A DNA stretch of 64,000 bases, taken from Pirellulales bacterium. Its GTDB lineage: Bacteria; Planctomycetota; Planctomycetia; Pirellulales; UBA1268. A model generated the notes under the pieces. That model was not told the origin of the DNA and searched no databases. It saw nothing but the letters and a program-made list of their open reading frames with translations. Shown here in pieces: positions 18,333-27,626 of the stretch; within the stretch, counting starts at the first letter, position 1, and each line of letters opens with the position of its first letter. The DNA lies in assembly GCA_041746715.1 (NCBI GenBank), contig JBGTGN010000032.1, positions 468 to 64,467 on the forward strand, read 5' to 3'. The position numbers and the translations under genes were made by a program.

Positions 18333-20480
18333 TTATCCCACCTGGCCGAGGCCGAGCATCTCGCCCCAGCGGTCGAGGACGAGCTTGCGGAGCCGGTCAT
18401 ACTTCGGGTCGGCCAGTTCGGGATCTTCCTCGAATACGGCCAGTGCGTCGCGGCGGGCCTCGGCCACGATCGCGGAGTCGCGGAGCAGATCGGCCAGATA
18501 GAGCGGCGGCACCCCGCTTTGCCGCGTGCCCACGAGATCGCCCGGCCCACGCAAAATGAGATCCTTTTCCGCCAAAACAAAACCGTCGCAGGTTTCAACA
18601 AACGCATCGACCCGCGGGTGAGGCTCGCTGCCGGAGCCGGTCACCGCGCCGCAGATACCACGGATCGACCCACGGGCCACTCGGCCACGAAGCTGATGAA
18701 GCTGGGCGAGGCCAAAGGATTCCGCGTCGAGGATCGTCATGATCGTGGCCTCGGGCACGTCGATACCCACCTCAATCACGCTGGTCGCCACGAGCACGTC
18801 AAGCTTGCCCACCCGAAAATCCTCCATGATCCCTGCCTTCGCGGCTGGTTCGAGTCGCCCATGGATGAGGCCGAGTCGAAACGCATCGAGCGGGCCGTGG
18901 GCCAACTGCTCAAATGTCGATGTGATCGTAGCCAGATCCCGTTTCGACTCCTCGACGGCTGGCACGACCACGTATCCGCGACGGCCGCCAACGAGCTTTC
19001 CGCGAAAAAACTCCCACCAACGGTCGAGCTCGTCGGGCGTCACGCGATACGTCGCCACCGGCTGGCGACCGGGCGGCTGTTCATCGAGCGTCGAGACATC
19101 GAGATCGCCGTAGACAGCATGGGCGATCGTTCGCGGGATTGGCGTAGCGGTCATGACGAGTGTGTGCGGCTCAGCAGAGGCCTGCTGAAGCACCGCCCGC
19201 TGAAGCACACCGAAACGATGCTGCTCGTCGATGACCACAAGGCCCAGATGGCGAAACGTCGCCGACGAGCCAGCGACGAGCGCTTGGGTGCCAACGACGA
19301 TATCGGCCTGCCCATCAGCGATCGCGGCGAGCACCCTGCGCCGTTCCTTGGCCTTCTGGCTGCCGACAAGCAAGTCGACTGTGACGCCACTGCCGGCCAG
19401 GAGTCGCCGAAGCGACGCATGATGCTGCCGAGCCAGCAGTTCTGTCGGCGCCATGATCGCGGCCTGATACCTCGCCGGTTTTCCTTCGGGAGCGGCGGAC
19501 GGCGGCGCCACGCTTTCGGGCAACGGGGTCGCCACGGCCGCGAGCATCGCATAGACAGCCACCGCCGTCTTGCCACTCCCCACATCACCCTGGAGCAGGC
19601 GGTTCATGGGCTCCTGTTTCGCAAGATCGGTCACGATCTCGCCGCACACCCGTCGCTGGGCGGCGGTGAACTCAAACGGAAAGCGGGCGCGGATGCGGGC
19701 ATCGAGCCTCACGTCCACGACGAGCGAGGGGGCCGCGTGCGAGCGCTTCTGTTGGCCACGATGCATCCGCAGCGCGAGCTGGAGCATGAAGAGCTCTTGG
19801 TACACCAGCCGTCGTCTGGCGGCATCGATCATCGCCTGGCTCGATGGCCTGTGGATCTCCGCAAGCGCCTGGGCAATCGGGAGAAGTTGTTTCTCCGCGA
19901 GCATCGCATCGGGGATCGCCTCGGGGCATATGGCGGCCGCGTGGTCAAGCGCCGCCTGGACGGCGAGCCGCACATGCGACTGCTGCACGCCCTCAGCGAG
20001 GGGATAGATGGCGAGCCACTCCGAACCGTGGGCGGCTTCGTCGGCGGTGAGCCAGCGGACCTCGGGGTGAGTGAATTCCCATCCGCTGCGACCACGCTTG
20101 GGAACACCGGCGAACACCACCCGCATCCCCCGCTCGAACCGCTTGGCCATGAAGGGCATGTTGAACCACACCCCGCGCACGCGATCCCCAGACGCGTCGA
20201 TCGTGACGGTGAGGATTGAGCGGCCGTGGAAGCTGGTCTTCGATGTCGCGTCAGCTACCATACCGGCGACGGAGGCATGCTCCCCCTCTCGAAAATCCGC
20301 TACCGTGTGTGCCCCGGAAAAATCCCGGTAGTCACGTGGGAAATGCATGAGGGCATCCCGCACGGTGACGAGCCCGAGCTTCGCGAGCTTCTCAGCGCGG
20401 GTCGTGCCGACGCCCGGGAGACGTTCGAGCCGCGTTGCAAGGCTCGGCTCGAGACTGGATGAGGCGGCGTCCATCGGCAT
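18333..20480 (-). CDS. recG: ATP-dependent DNA helicase RecG
   Basis: 715 aa. An OB wedge region is followed by the helicase motifs QGDVGSGKTAVA, VIDEQHRFGV, TATPIPRT and QLHQLRGRVARG. Confidence 0.94.
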   Translation of the reverse strand: MPMDAASSSLEPSLATRLERLPGVGTTRAEKLAKLGLVTVRDALMHFPRDYRDFSGAHTVADFREGEHASVAGMVADATSKTSFHGRSILTVTIDASGDRVRGVWFNMPFMAKRFERGMRVVFAGVPKRGRSGWEFTHPEVRWLTADEAAHGSEWLAIYPLAEGVQQSHVRLAVQAALDHAAAICPEAIPDAMLAEKQLLPIAQALAEIHRPSSQAMIDAARRRLVYQELFMLQLALRMHRGQQKRSHAAPSLVVDVRLDARIRARFPFEFTAAQRRVCGEIVTDLAKQEPMNRLLQGDVGSGKTAVAVYAMLAAVATPLPESVAPPSAAPEGKPARYQAAIMAPTELLARQHHASLRRLLAGSGVTVDLLVGSQKAKERRRVLAAIADGQADIVVGTQALVAGSSATFRHLGLVVIDEQHRFGVLQRAVLQQASAEPHTLVMTATPIPRTIAHAVYGDLDVSTLDEQPPGRQPVATYRVTPDELDRWWEFFRGKLVGGRRGYVVVPAVEESKRDLATITSTFEQLAHGPLDAFRLGLIHGRLEPAAKAGIMEDFRVGKLDVLVATSVIEVGIDVPEATIMTILDAESFGLAQLHQLRGRVARGSIRGICGAVTGSGSEPHPRVDAFVETCDGFVLAEKDLILRGPGDLVGTRQSGVPPLYLADLLRDSAIVAEARRDALAVFEEDPELADPKYDRLRKLVLDRWGEMLGLGQVG

Positions 20481-20507
20481 GCCTGGGGAAGTGGCGACTT
20501 CGCCCTG

Positions 20508-20984
20508 TTATCGGCCGTTCTTGAACTGCTGACACGCGGCCACCGCAAGACGATCACACTCCTCGTTCTCCGCGTGGCCTGAGTGCCCGGCCACATGAAC
20601 AAAACGGATCGTGTGGGCAGCGGCGAGTTGGTCGAGCGTCCTCCAGAGGTCTTCGTTCTTGACCGGCGCGGGCCGTCCCTTCTCCTTGCGCATCCACCCC
20701 TGTGCCTTCCACTTCGGCATCCAATCCGAGAGCCCGGTTCCCACGTAGACGCTATCGGTCACGAGATCCACGACCGTTGGACGCTTGAGTTGTTCGAGGC
20801 CTCGGACAACCGCCGTCAGTTCCATTTTGTTGTTCGTCGTATAGGGCTCGCCCCCCGAATCGATGGTCTCGCGACCGCTCTCCGGATGGCGGAGGATATA
20901 GGCCCAGCCCCCGGGACCTGGGTTCCCGCTGCACGCGCCGTCGGTAAACAGAATGACCTCGGCAGGTATCGCCGACTTCGCCAT
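20508..20984 (-). CDS. rnhA: Ribonuclease HI
   Basis: 158 aa. Motifs are ILFTDGACSGNPGPGGWAYIL, TNNKMELTAV, LVTDSVYV and HVAGHSGHAENEECDRLA. Confidence 0.94.
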   Translation of the reverse strand: MAKSAIPAEVILFTDGACSGNPGPGGWAYILRHPESGRETIDSGGEPYTTNNKMELTAVVRGLEQLKRPTVVDLVTDSVYVGTGLSDWMPKWKAQGWMRKEKGRPAPVKNEDLWRTLDQLAAAHTIRFVHVAGHSGHAENEECDRLAVAACQQFKNGR

Positions 20985-21036
20985 GAATCATCTCCTCTTG
21001 CTGGTACTAGCACGCAGCGGTCCGAGCCCTAGGTTT

Positions 21037-22746
21037 TCAGGCAACGCCCCGAGTCCCACCGAGAGACGCCTCGGCGTCGTCGCCATTCCGTTCGAGCCTC
21101 ACCGGGAGTCGCACCGTGAACCGCGAGCCGCGACCAAGCTGGCTCTCGAGCGACACATCGCCCCCCAAGAGCCGGCAGAGTTCCCGCACGATCGACAGGC
21201 CGAGGCCCGTGCCGGAAAACTCGCGGGTCATCGCGTCATCGCGGCGAAACACGTCGCCCTGGCGAAACTTCTCGAAGATCGTCTGCTGATCCTCCACGGC
21301 GATGCCGACACCGGTATCGATCACCTCGAGGAGGAATTCTCTCGGCTCGCTGCCAGACGCCTCGGCAAGGACGGCGTGGACATCCACCCGCCCTCCCTCG
21401 GGCGTGAACTTGATCGCATTGGAAAGGAGGTTCGCAAGAATCTGCTGAACCTTGGCCTGATCTTGCACCATGTCCTCCAGGCCCGGCGAGACCTCGTAGG
21501 CAAGCTGGATATGCCGCTTCTCCGCGAGCGGCCGGACCATGTCGCACTGAGCTGAGACCGCTGACTCCAGCCGAAAGGCCGTTGGACGCACTTCCATCTT
21601 GCCCGCCTCGATCTTTGCGAGATCGAGAATGTCATTGATCATCTCGAGGAGCATGCGTCCCGACGTGCGAATGTTCTCGACATATCGCCGCTGCTTGGCG
21701 TCAAGCGATTCGATCGACCCGAGCACGTCGGAGAAGCCAATGATGCTGTTGAGGGGAGTCCGCAACTCGTGGCTCATCGTGGCCATGAAATCCCCCTTGA
21801 GCCGGTTCGACTCGTAGAGGTGGAGATTGGCCTGGGCAAGCTCGTCTACCTTCTCATCAAGCGTGCTGTTGGCCTTGCGAATTTCGTCCTGGGTATCGAG
21901 AAGTCCACGGAGCATGCGGTTGAAGGCGACACCGAGCTCTTCGAACTCGTCCGCCGTGTGGATGTCGGCGCGGGCTTCGATATTCCCTCGCCGCACCTCA
22001 TCGGTCACGTCGCGGAGATGCTCGAGCGGCTTGACGATCACGTAGCGAACGATCGCGTAGGCCACGAGCATCGCCAGGAATGCCGTCACGATCGCCGTAG
22101 ACAGGAGCAGAGCTCTGTTCGCGTTGATGGCCTTGTGGGTCGCCGCGTCGGGCATGACAAGCTTCACCACCGCCATGAGGTCTCCCTCCGCAAGCCGCTG
22201 ACGCCCCTCCCCGACATCCCCTCCCGTTGCCCCACGGTATTCGTGACAGATCACGCAATCCTTTCGGAACCGGATCGGTTGGTAGTAGTGGTATTCGGCC
22301 TTGTCATCGGTGCGGTATTCGCGATACTCGAACCGGCCGGCCGCATCAGGGCTCGACTGGCCGGATGCCACGGGGGCCTCGTCCTCGAAGTACTCGAGCA
22401 CCGCCCGGTCGAGCCGCCGGTACTGCTCAGCGTCTTCGGGCTTCGCATCGGGCCGCAGAAACCGCCATTGATACCGCTCGCCAAGGAGCCTTTTCTCGAG
22501 ACTCTCGATCGTGCTTGCGTACTGCTGCTCCTTCTCGAGAGTCTTCCAGTGGTGCTGAAGCATGATCGCATCGACCACATGCCGTGCGGTCGCGCGGCTA
22601 CTGGAATAGACGAGCTGCTCGGTCCTGCTGCCGTACCACCAGAAGCTCCCCGCAATGAGCGCGAAGAGGCACAGCCCGAACAGAAAGCGAACCTTCCGTT
22701 CCAGGCTCGTCTCGCCGAGGATGTCGCGAAGGGAGCGGTAGGACAC
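21037..22746 (-). CDS. Sensor histidine kinase (two TM segments, periplasmic CxxCH-containing domain, HAMP, HisKA, HATPase)
   Basis: TM1 is FLFGLCLFALIAGSFWWYG. The periplasmic segment carries CVICH. TM2 is followed by a HAMP domain, the H-box SHELRTPLNSI, an N-box LLSNAIKFTP, and G-boxes DTGVGI and GTGLGLSI. Confidence 0.9.
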   Translation of the reverse strand: MSYRSLRDILGETSLERKVRFLFGLCLFALIAGSFWWYGSRTEQLVYSSSRATARHVVDAIMLQHHWKTLEKEQQYASTIESLEKRLLGERYQWRFLRPDAKPEDAEQYRRLDRAVLEYFEDEAPVASGQSSPDAAGRFEYREYRTDDKAEYHYYQPIRFRKDCVICHEYRGATGGDVGEGRQRLAEGDLMAVVKLVMPDAATHKAINANRALLLSTAIVTAFLAMLVAYAIVRYVIVKPLEHLRDVTDEVRRGNIEARADIHTADEFEELGVAFNRMLRGLLDTQDEIRKANSTLDEKVDELAQANLHLYESNRLKGDFMATMSHELRTPLNSIIGFSDVLGSIESLDAKQRRYVENIRTSGRMLLEMINDILDLAKIEAGKMEVRPTAFRLESAVSAQCDMVRPLAEKRHIQLAYEVSPGLEDMVQDQAKVQQILANLLSNAIKFTPEGGRVDVHAVLAEASGSEPREFLLEVIDTGVGIAVEDQQTIFEKFRQGDVFRRDDAMTREFSGTGLGLSIVRELCRLLGGDVSLESQLGRGSRFTVRLPVRLERNGDDAEASLGGTRGVA

Positions 22747-22755
22747 GTGGCAATC

Positions 22756-25041
22756 TTACAGCATGTCCACCGGATCAACGTCGATGATCCAGGCGAGATC
22801 GGGAGGCGTCTTGAGCCCGGCGGTGGCGCGGCGCACGAGCCCCCGCAGAATCACCCCGTCGGGCCCGAGCACCTGGAGGTGCCAGCGGAACCGCTCGCGG
22901 AGCCGAGGAATCGGTGCCGGCGCAGGCCCGAGCACACGGATGGCCGCCTCACTCTCGACAGCACCGCATACCACCGCTTCGGCCCGCAGCCGCTCGGCGA
23001 GGTGTGTGGCCCATTCCCGAACGCGCTGCTCATCCAGGCCCCGCACGACCAGGCGAATGATGCTCCCAAATGGCGGATAAACAAGTGCCTCGCGGATGGG
23101 CAGCTCGCTCCGCACAAAAGCCTCGTAGTCGTGGGTGACAGCCGCGCGGATCGCCGGATGCTCCGGCGTGCTTGTCTGCACAACAACCCGCCCCCCTGTC
23201 TGGCCACGACCGCTGCGGCCCGACACCTGCGTCACGAGCTGGCAGGTCCGCTCGGCGGCTCGAAAGTCGGCGAGGTGCAGGGCCGCGTCGGCGTTGACCA
23301 CGCCCACGAGCATGACGCCAGGAAAGTCGAGGCCCTTCGCGATCATCTGCGTGCCCACGAGGATGTCGATCTGGCGGTCGCGGAACGCATCGAGTGTTTT
23401 CTCATGGCTGCCGCGGCTTCGCATTGTGTCAGTGTCCATGCGGGCCACCGCGGCGTCGGGAAACGTCCGACGGATCTGTTCTTCGAGCCGCTGGGTTCCC
23501 GTTCCACGGTGGGCGAGGCCGGGCGTTCGGCACTCCGGACATTCGGCTGGCAGTCGTACGACGAGGCCACAGCCATGGCAGATGCCGCGACTCCCCGGCT
23601 GATGGAGTGTGAGCGCGATATCACACTGCGGGCACCGCATGGTGTGGCCGCAGGCTCGGCATTGCACATGCGTGGCAAATCCGCGTCGGTTGAGCAGGAG
23701 CATCACCTGTCCCCCGGCATCGAGCGCCCATCGGATGCCGGCGGCGAGCCTCGGGCTCACGGCACCACGGGCGCGGGCGGCGGGATCGCGAAGGTCAACC
23801 GTGAGCACGGCCGGGAGCTGCGAGCCGCCGACACGACCGGCCAGGCGGCACATCCGCCACTCACCGGCAAGACACCGGGCGAAGGTCTCGATCGCCGGCG
23901 TGGCCGACCCGAGCACGAGCGGCACATTCTCGGCGCGGGCGATCCACTCGGCCACATCGCGAGCGTGATACCGGGGCGACGTCGCCTGCTTAAACGAGCT
24001 TTCATGTTCCTCGTCGATCACGATGAGGCCGAGCCTGGGCGCAGGCGCGAAGATCGCCGAACGGGCGCCGACCACGACATTCACTCTTCCGGCGGCGATC
24101 TCACGCCACTGGGCATGCCGCTCGGTGGCCGTGAGATGGCTGTGGAGCACCGCCACGGTGCCGAACCGAGCGCGAAAACGGTCGCAGGTCTGCGGCGTGA
24201 GGCTGATTTCGGGCACAAGCACGATCGCCTGCCGTCCAAACGAAATCGTCTCTTCGACCGCCTGAAGATAGACCTCCGTCTTGCCACTGCCGGTGACGCC
24301 AAAGAGAAGGATCGTCTCATGATGCCCGGCCCGCATGGGGCCCGAGATGGCCGCGAGGGCATCAGTCTGAGCCGGGGAGAGATGATCGGGGCGGTCGTGT
24401 TGAATCCCAGGCCGTTCGGGGCCACTGGCGCGGCGGGTCTCAACGGAACCCACTTCGCGAAGCAAGCCATTCTTGACGAGCCGCGTCACGACCGCGCGGC
24501 TGGCACCCGACGCTTCCGCGAGTTTGTCTGCGGTGGCAGGCTCGACCGCCGCTGCCAAAACCTTGGACTGGGCGGGCGTCAGCTTGCGATCAACAGGGAG
24601 GCCGGCGGCGACGAGCAGCGGCGAGACCTTGACCTTCCGCTGGAGTCGCACCCCCGACGGCAAGACGGCCTCGAGCACCTCGCCTCGCCTGGCCAGCCAC
24701 CGCTCCGCCATCCATTCGGTGAGCTCGAGCATCCGTCGCGAGAGCAGTGGCGCATCGTCCTCGACCCCGACGATCGTCTTGAGCGCGGTCTGGGGGAGCT
24801 CGCCCGACCGAACGGCCACGCAGTAGGCCAGCCGCACTCGGTTCGCTTTGCCGAGGGGCACACGCACTCGTCGGCCCGGCTCCACGCTGCTGATGAGCGG
24901 CTCGGGCACCAGGTAATCGAGCGGCTTATCGACGCCGTCGGGGAGGACGACCGTGGCGACGGTGCCGTGACGGGCATCGTCCTCTACCCACGCCGGTCGG
25001 TCTTCAAAGAGGCTACGCTGCGTGGACTGGTCGGGGCCCAT
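22756..25041 (-). CDS. priA: Primosomal protein N' (replication restart helicase PriA)
   Basis: Start set at ATG 25041. Motifs are FGVTGSGKTEVY, VIDEEHESSFK and the Cys4-Cys4 zinc region CRACGHTMRCPQCD...CHGCG...CPEC. Confidence 0.9.
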   Translation of the reverse strand: MGPDQSTQRSLFEDRPAWVEDDARHGTVATVVLPDGVDKPLDYLVPEPLISSVEPGRRVRVPLGKANRVRLAYCVAVRSGELPQTALKTIVGVEDDAPLLSRRMLELTEWMAERWLARRGEVLEAVLPSGVRLQRKVKVSPLLVAAGLPVDRKLTPAQSKVLAAAVEPATADKLAEASGASRAVVTRLVKNGLLREVGSVETRRASGPERPGIQHDRPDHLSPAQTDALAAISGPMRAGHHETILLFGVTGSGKTEVYLQAVEETISFGRQAIVLVPEISLTPQTCDRFRARFGTVAVLHSHLTATERHAQWREIAAGRVNVVVGARSAIFAPAPRLGLIVIDEEHESSFKQATSPRYHARDVAEWIARAENVPLVLGSATPAIETFARCLAGEWRMCRLAGRVGGSQLPAVLTVDLRDPAARARGAVSPRLAAGIRWALDAGGQVMLLLNRRGFATHVQCRACGHTMRCPQCDIALTLHQPGSRGICHGCGLVVRLPAECPECRTPGLAHRGTGTQRLEEQIRRTFPDAAVARMDTDTMRSRGSHEKTLDAFRDRQIDILVGTQMIAKGLDFPGVMLVGVVNADAALHLADFRAAERTCQLVTQVSGRSGRGQTGGRVVVQTSTPEHPAIRAAVTHDYEAFVRSELPIREALVYPPFGSIIRLVVRGLDEQRVREWATHLAERLRAEAVVCGAVESEAAIRVLGPAPAPIPRLRERFRWHLQVLGPDGVILRGLVRRATAGLKTPPDLAWIIDVDPVDML

Positions 25042-25099
25042 GCGGCGAATTAGACCATATGGCCCGTCGGCCCCGTGCGGCAGGATTGGAGAGTAGAGC

Positions 25100-25723
25100 T
25101 TGCGAATCGGCATCTATGGTGGGAGTTTTGATCCGGTGCACTACGGGCACCTGATCGCGGCCGAATCTGCCCGGGAGCAGGCGGGCCTTGATCGGGTCGT
25201 ATTCGTGCCAGCCGCGACACCGCCACATAAGCAGGGCGTGCGGCTGGCTCAGAGTTCCCATCGTGTGGCGATGCTGTCGCTCGCGATCGGTGGCCACGAC
25301 GCCTTCGAGGTTTCCTCGATCGAGCTCGAACGCGGCGGCACGAGCTACACCGTTGACACCGTGGCCGAGCTCTCGGCCCGGCATCCGGGTGACACGCTCG
25401 CGCTCCTGCTTGGCCCCGACAACGTGGCCGGGCTGGTGACGTGGAAAGACCCGCACCGCATCGCGACGCTCGCCGAGATCGTGCCGATCGAGCGGGACCA
25501 TCTCGACGACATCACCGCAGCCGTGCAGCAGGCTGGCCTCGTGAGTGTGCTTGGCAACCCTGCCGTCACGGCAATGCTTGGTCGCCGCGTGCGCATGCCA
25601 GCGATTGGGATTCGAGCGACAGAACTTCGAGCGGCGGTGGCGGCGGGCCAGAGCATTCGCTATCGCACCCCGCGAAGCGTCGAGCGGTACATCGCCACCC
25701 ACGACCTCTACCGCGATGCCTGA
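25100..25723 (+). CDS. nadD: Nicotinate-nucleotide adenylyltransferase
   Basis: The TTG start gives the family N-terminus (M)RIGIYGGSFDPVHYGHL. It also has SYTVDT and an ISATELR-like IRATELR motif. Confidence 0.9.
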   Translation: MRIGIYGGSFDPVHYGHLIAAESAREQAGLDRVVFVPAATPPHKQGVRLAQSSHRVAMLSLAIGGHDAFEVSSIELERGGTSYTVDTVAELSARHPGDTLALLLGPDNVAGLVTWKDPHRIATLAEIVPIERDHLDDITAAVQQAGLVSVLGNPAVTAMLGRRVRMPAIGIRATELRAAVAAGQSIRYRTPRSVERYIATHDLYRDA

Positions 25724-25738
25724 ACCAGCTCCGCGATT

Positions 25739-26005
25739 TCACCCGGCGCACGACCGTGCTGCGGCGAGCCGCGTGGCCATGAGGCGACTGGTGGGCTCGT
25801 GAAGAGTTCTCGGATCAGCGGCCAGCGCCCGCAGCATCACCTCGAGCCGCACGGCGGGTGCCTGTTCGAGATTCACGAGAAGGTGCTGACGTTTCCCGAC
25901 CATGCATGGGCCACCCGAGAGATCACCGAGTGGCTCCTCGCGAACGGTGTAGCCGAGGTCAGCGGCAAGCTGGCAGGCTTCGGCGAGGAGTCCGAGCGTA
26001 TCCAT
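25739..26005 (-). CDS. Hypothetical small protein
   Basis: 88 aa from ATG 26005. There is a strong G/C preference at third codon positions. No family recognised, and the upstream part of the 190-aa ORF looks non-coding. Confidence 0.35.
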   Translation of the reverse strand: MDTLGLLAEACQLAADLGYTVREEPLGDLSGGPCMVGKRQHLLVNLEQAPAVRLEVMLRALAADPRTLHEPTSRLMATRLAAARSCAG

Positions 26006-26060
26006 GGGAGCAGTGCGAGGGCGGGGTGAGGGAACGAGACCGTAACTTCGGGCCAGGGCG

Positions 26061-26738
26061 TCACCGAGGCCACGAGCTCGGAAGCCCTCGCTGATCACGG
26101 CGGGCGTCGAGGGCTCGGGTGTATTCGGTGAAGCGAGCCCGCTCGTTGGGGGTTGTGCGGTCAACCATCGATTTTCGCCACCGATTGCGTTCGTCCTCCG
26201 AACGGCTGCCCCACGGCGGCCGACCGGGGGTCTGATTTGCCGGCTGGCTTCCCGACGGGGCATTCGAGCCACCGGAGGCCTGCCCTCCTCCCAATGCCCC
26301 CATGACCGCACGGCCCGCTTCCATCGCTTTCCGCATCACCTCCTGCTGATCAATATGACGGTCGAGTTCGGCCTGTCGCTGCTCGGGTGGGAGGCCGAAG
26401 TAGCGGTCCACCCGTTCCCAGAAAACGGTCCGAAACGCGTTCCCTGCGGCCTGCTCAACCTGCGGCCGCAGATGAGGCGGGAGTTGCTCGGTCTTCTGAC
26501 GAATCTCCATCATCGAGGTAAAGGCCGCCGTGGCCTGCGTGAGGTTCATGAGCCCACCGTTCGTCGCGTACCGCGCCTTGGCCTGCTCCTGGAGCGCGAG
26601 GATCTCCTGCACTCGCGGGTCGGTGCCGAATTGGATCCAGCCTGCGAGCCAGAAGGCGATCGCAGTGATGATGGCAAGCACCACCAGCGTGATGATCCAA
26701 CCGAGGCGATTCGATTCAGAGGTTTTCGACGTGGCCAT
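26061..26738 (-). CDS. Hypothetical membrane-anchored protein
   Basis: Start at ATG 26738 ([14 protein letters not shown]). A single TM ([21 protein letters not shown]) is followed by a helical Gln/Arg-rich domain. It overlaps the upstream DUF1559 gene by 23 nt. Confidence 0.5.
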   Translation of the reverse strand: MATSKTSESNRLGWIITLVVLAIITAIAFWLAGWIQFGTDPRVQEILALQEQAKARYATNGGLMNLTQATAAFTSMMEIRQKTEQLPPHLRPQVEQAAGNAFRTVFWERVDRYFGLPPEQRQAELDRHIDQQEVMRKAMEAGRAVMGALGGGQASGGSNAPSGSQPANQTPGRPPWGSRSEDERNRWRKSMVDRTTPNERARFTEYTRALDARRDQRGLPSSWPR

Positions 26739-27462
26739 CGAGGTAGAGAAAGTTACGAGCCCCCTCGGGGGGCGTGGGACGCTCGTTGAACTCGGATTCA
26801 GCCGAGCTCTCAAAAAATGTAAACCCGCCGTGAAACGCATCAAATTCGTAGAGTACCCAGAGTTTTGACGACGCCCCCGGGTTGCCGCGATACGTGAGCG
26901 CCTCCTCGCGGGTGCGGCCGACCGTCTTGCCGGTGGCGGAGTCGGTCTTGGTCAGCCGGCGGGCCGGGTACTCGTAGCTCGTGCCTTCGTAGGGAACATT
27001 CTGATACTCCGCTGGTCGGTCGTTCATGGATCGCCCGATCTGGGCGAGCGTCGCCTCAAACTCCGTCATGTATGACTGCGGCCGAACAAAGTAGGCCGAG
27101 TCGGACGGGCAGCGGAAGCCCTCTCGATTGTTGTCCATAAAGGCCCCGATCGCCGAGACGATACTCGGCTTCATGGGCCGTTGGGGAGTGAAGAATTCGA
27201 GCTCCTGACTCGGAACGACCGCGGCGTCGGGAAACCGCGACTTCTGCCCCTGGCCAGTTTTCCGGTCGAGGTAGAGCTGCATCGCGATCCCGATCTGCTT
27301 GAGATTTGACTTGCACGCGGTTCGCCGGGACGCCTCACGCGCGCTTTGCACCGATGGCAGGATCAGCCCGATCATCAGGCCGATGATGGCGATGACGACA
27401 AGGAGTTCGACGAGCGTTATGCCGCGGGCATGGCGGCTTCTGTGTGGAATGGGCGGGCACAT
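26716..27462 (-). CDS. DUF1559 family protein with prepilin-type N-terminal cleavage/methylation domain
   Basis: It has [51 protein letters not shown], the hallmark N-terminus of planctomycete DUF1559 pseudopilin-like proteins. It ends with the typical FLYLDGHV motif. Confidence 0.88.
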   Translation of the reverse strand: MCPPIPHRSRHARGITLVELLVVIAIIGLMIGLILPSVQSAREASRRTACKSNLKQIGIAMQLYLDRKTGQGQKSRFPDAAVVPSQELEFFTPQRPMKPSIVSAIGAFMDNNREGFRCPSDSAYFVRPQSYMTEFEATLAQIGRSMNDRPAEYQNVPYEGTSYEYPARRLTKTDSATGKTVGRTREEALTYRGNPGASSKLWVLYEFDAFHGGFTFFESSAESEFNERPTPPEGARNFLYLDGHVENL

Positions 27463-27626
27463 GATGGAACAGCGGGCTCTGGGGGGAATATGCGGGCACC
27501 GGGTGCCGACGGCGGGCGCGACTCACGGGACGGATAACGGTCCGCCCAAGTTCAACGGTCGAGAAGCCGTGTCGGCTCATTTTTATCAGTGTAGAGGCTC
27601 GGACACATCATCGACGATACCGTCTC

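Noticed and set aside
18276-20219. A 647-aa plus-strand ORF antisense to recG.
   Set aside because: The same reasoning applies. It mirrors the recG frame, is Arg/His-rich and has no motifs, whereas recG on the other strand has complete helicase motifs.
21769-25053. A 1094-aa ORF on the plus strand spanning the kinase 5' half and all of priA.
   Set aside because: It is entirely antisense to two genes with unmistakable family motifs. Its composition is extremely Arg/Gly/His/Pro-rich with no recognisable domain. Long stop-free antisense frames are expected in GC-rich DNA because AT-rich stop codons are rare.
27495-27507. A 13-nt palindrome GGCACCgGGTGCC upstream of the DUF1559 gene as an operator.
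   Set aside because: It is short and GC-rich and is plausible by chance. It is mentioned in the relevant finding but not called as a feature.
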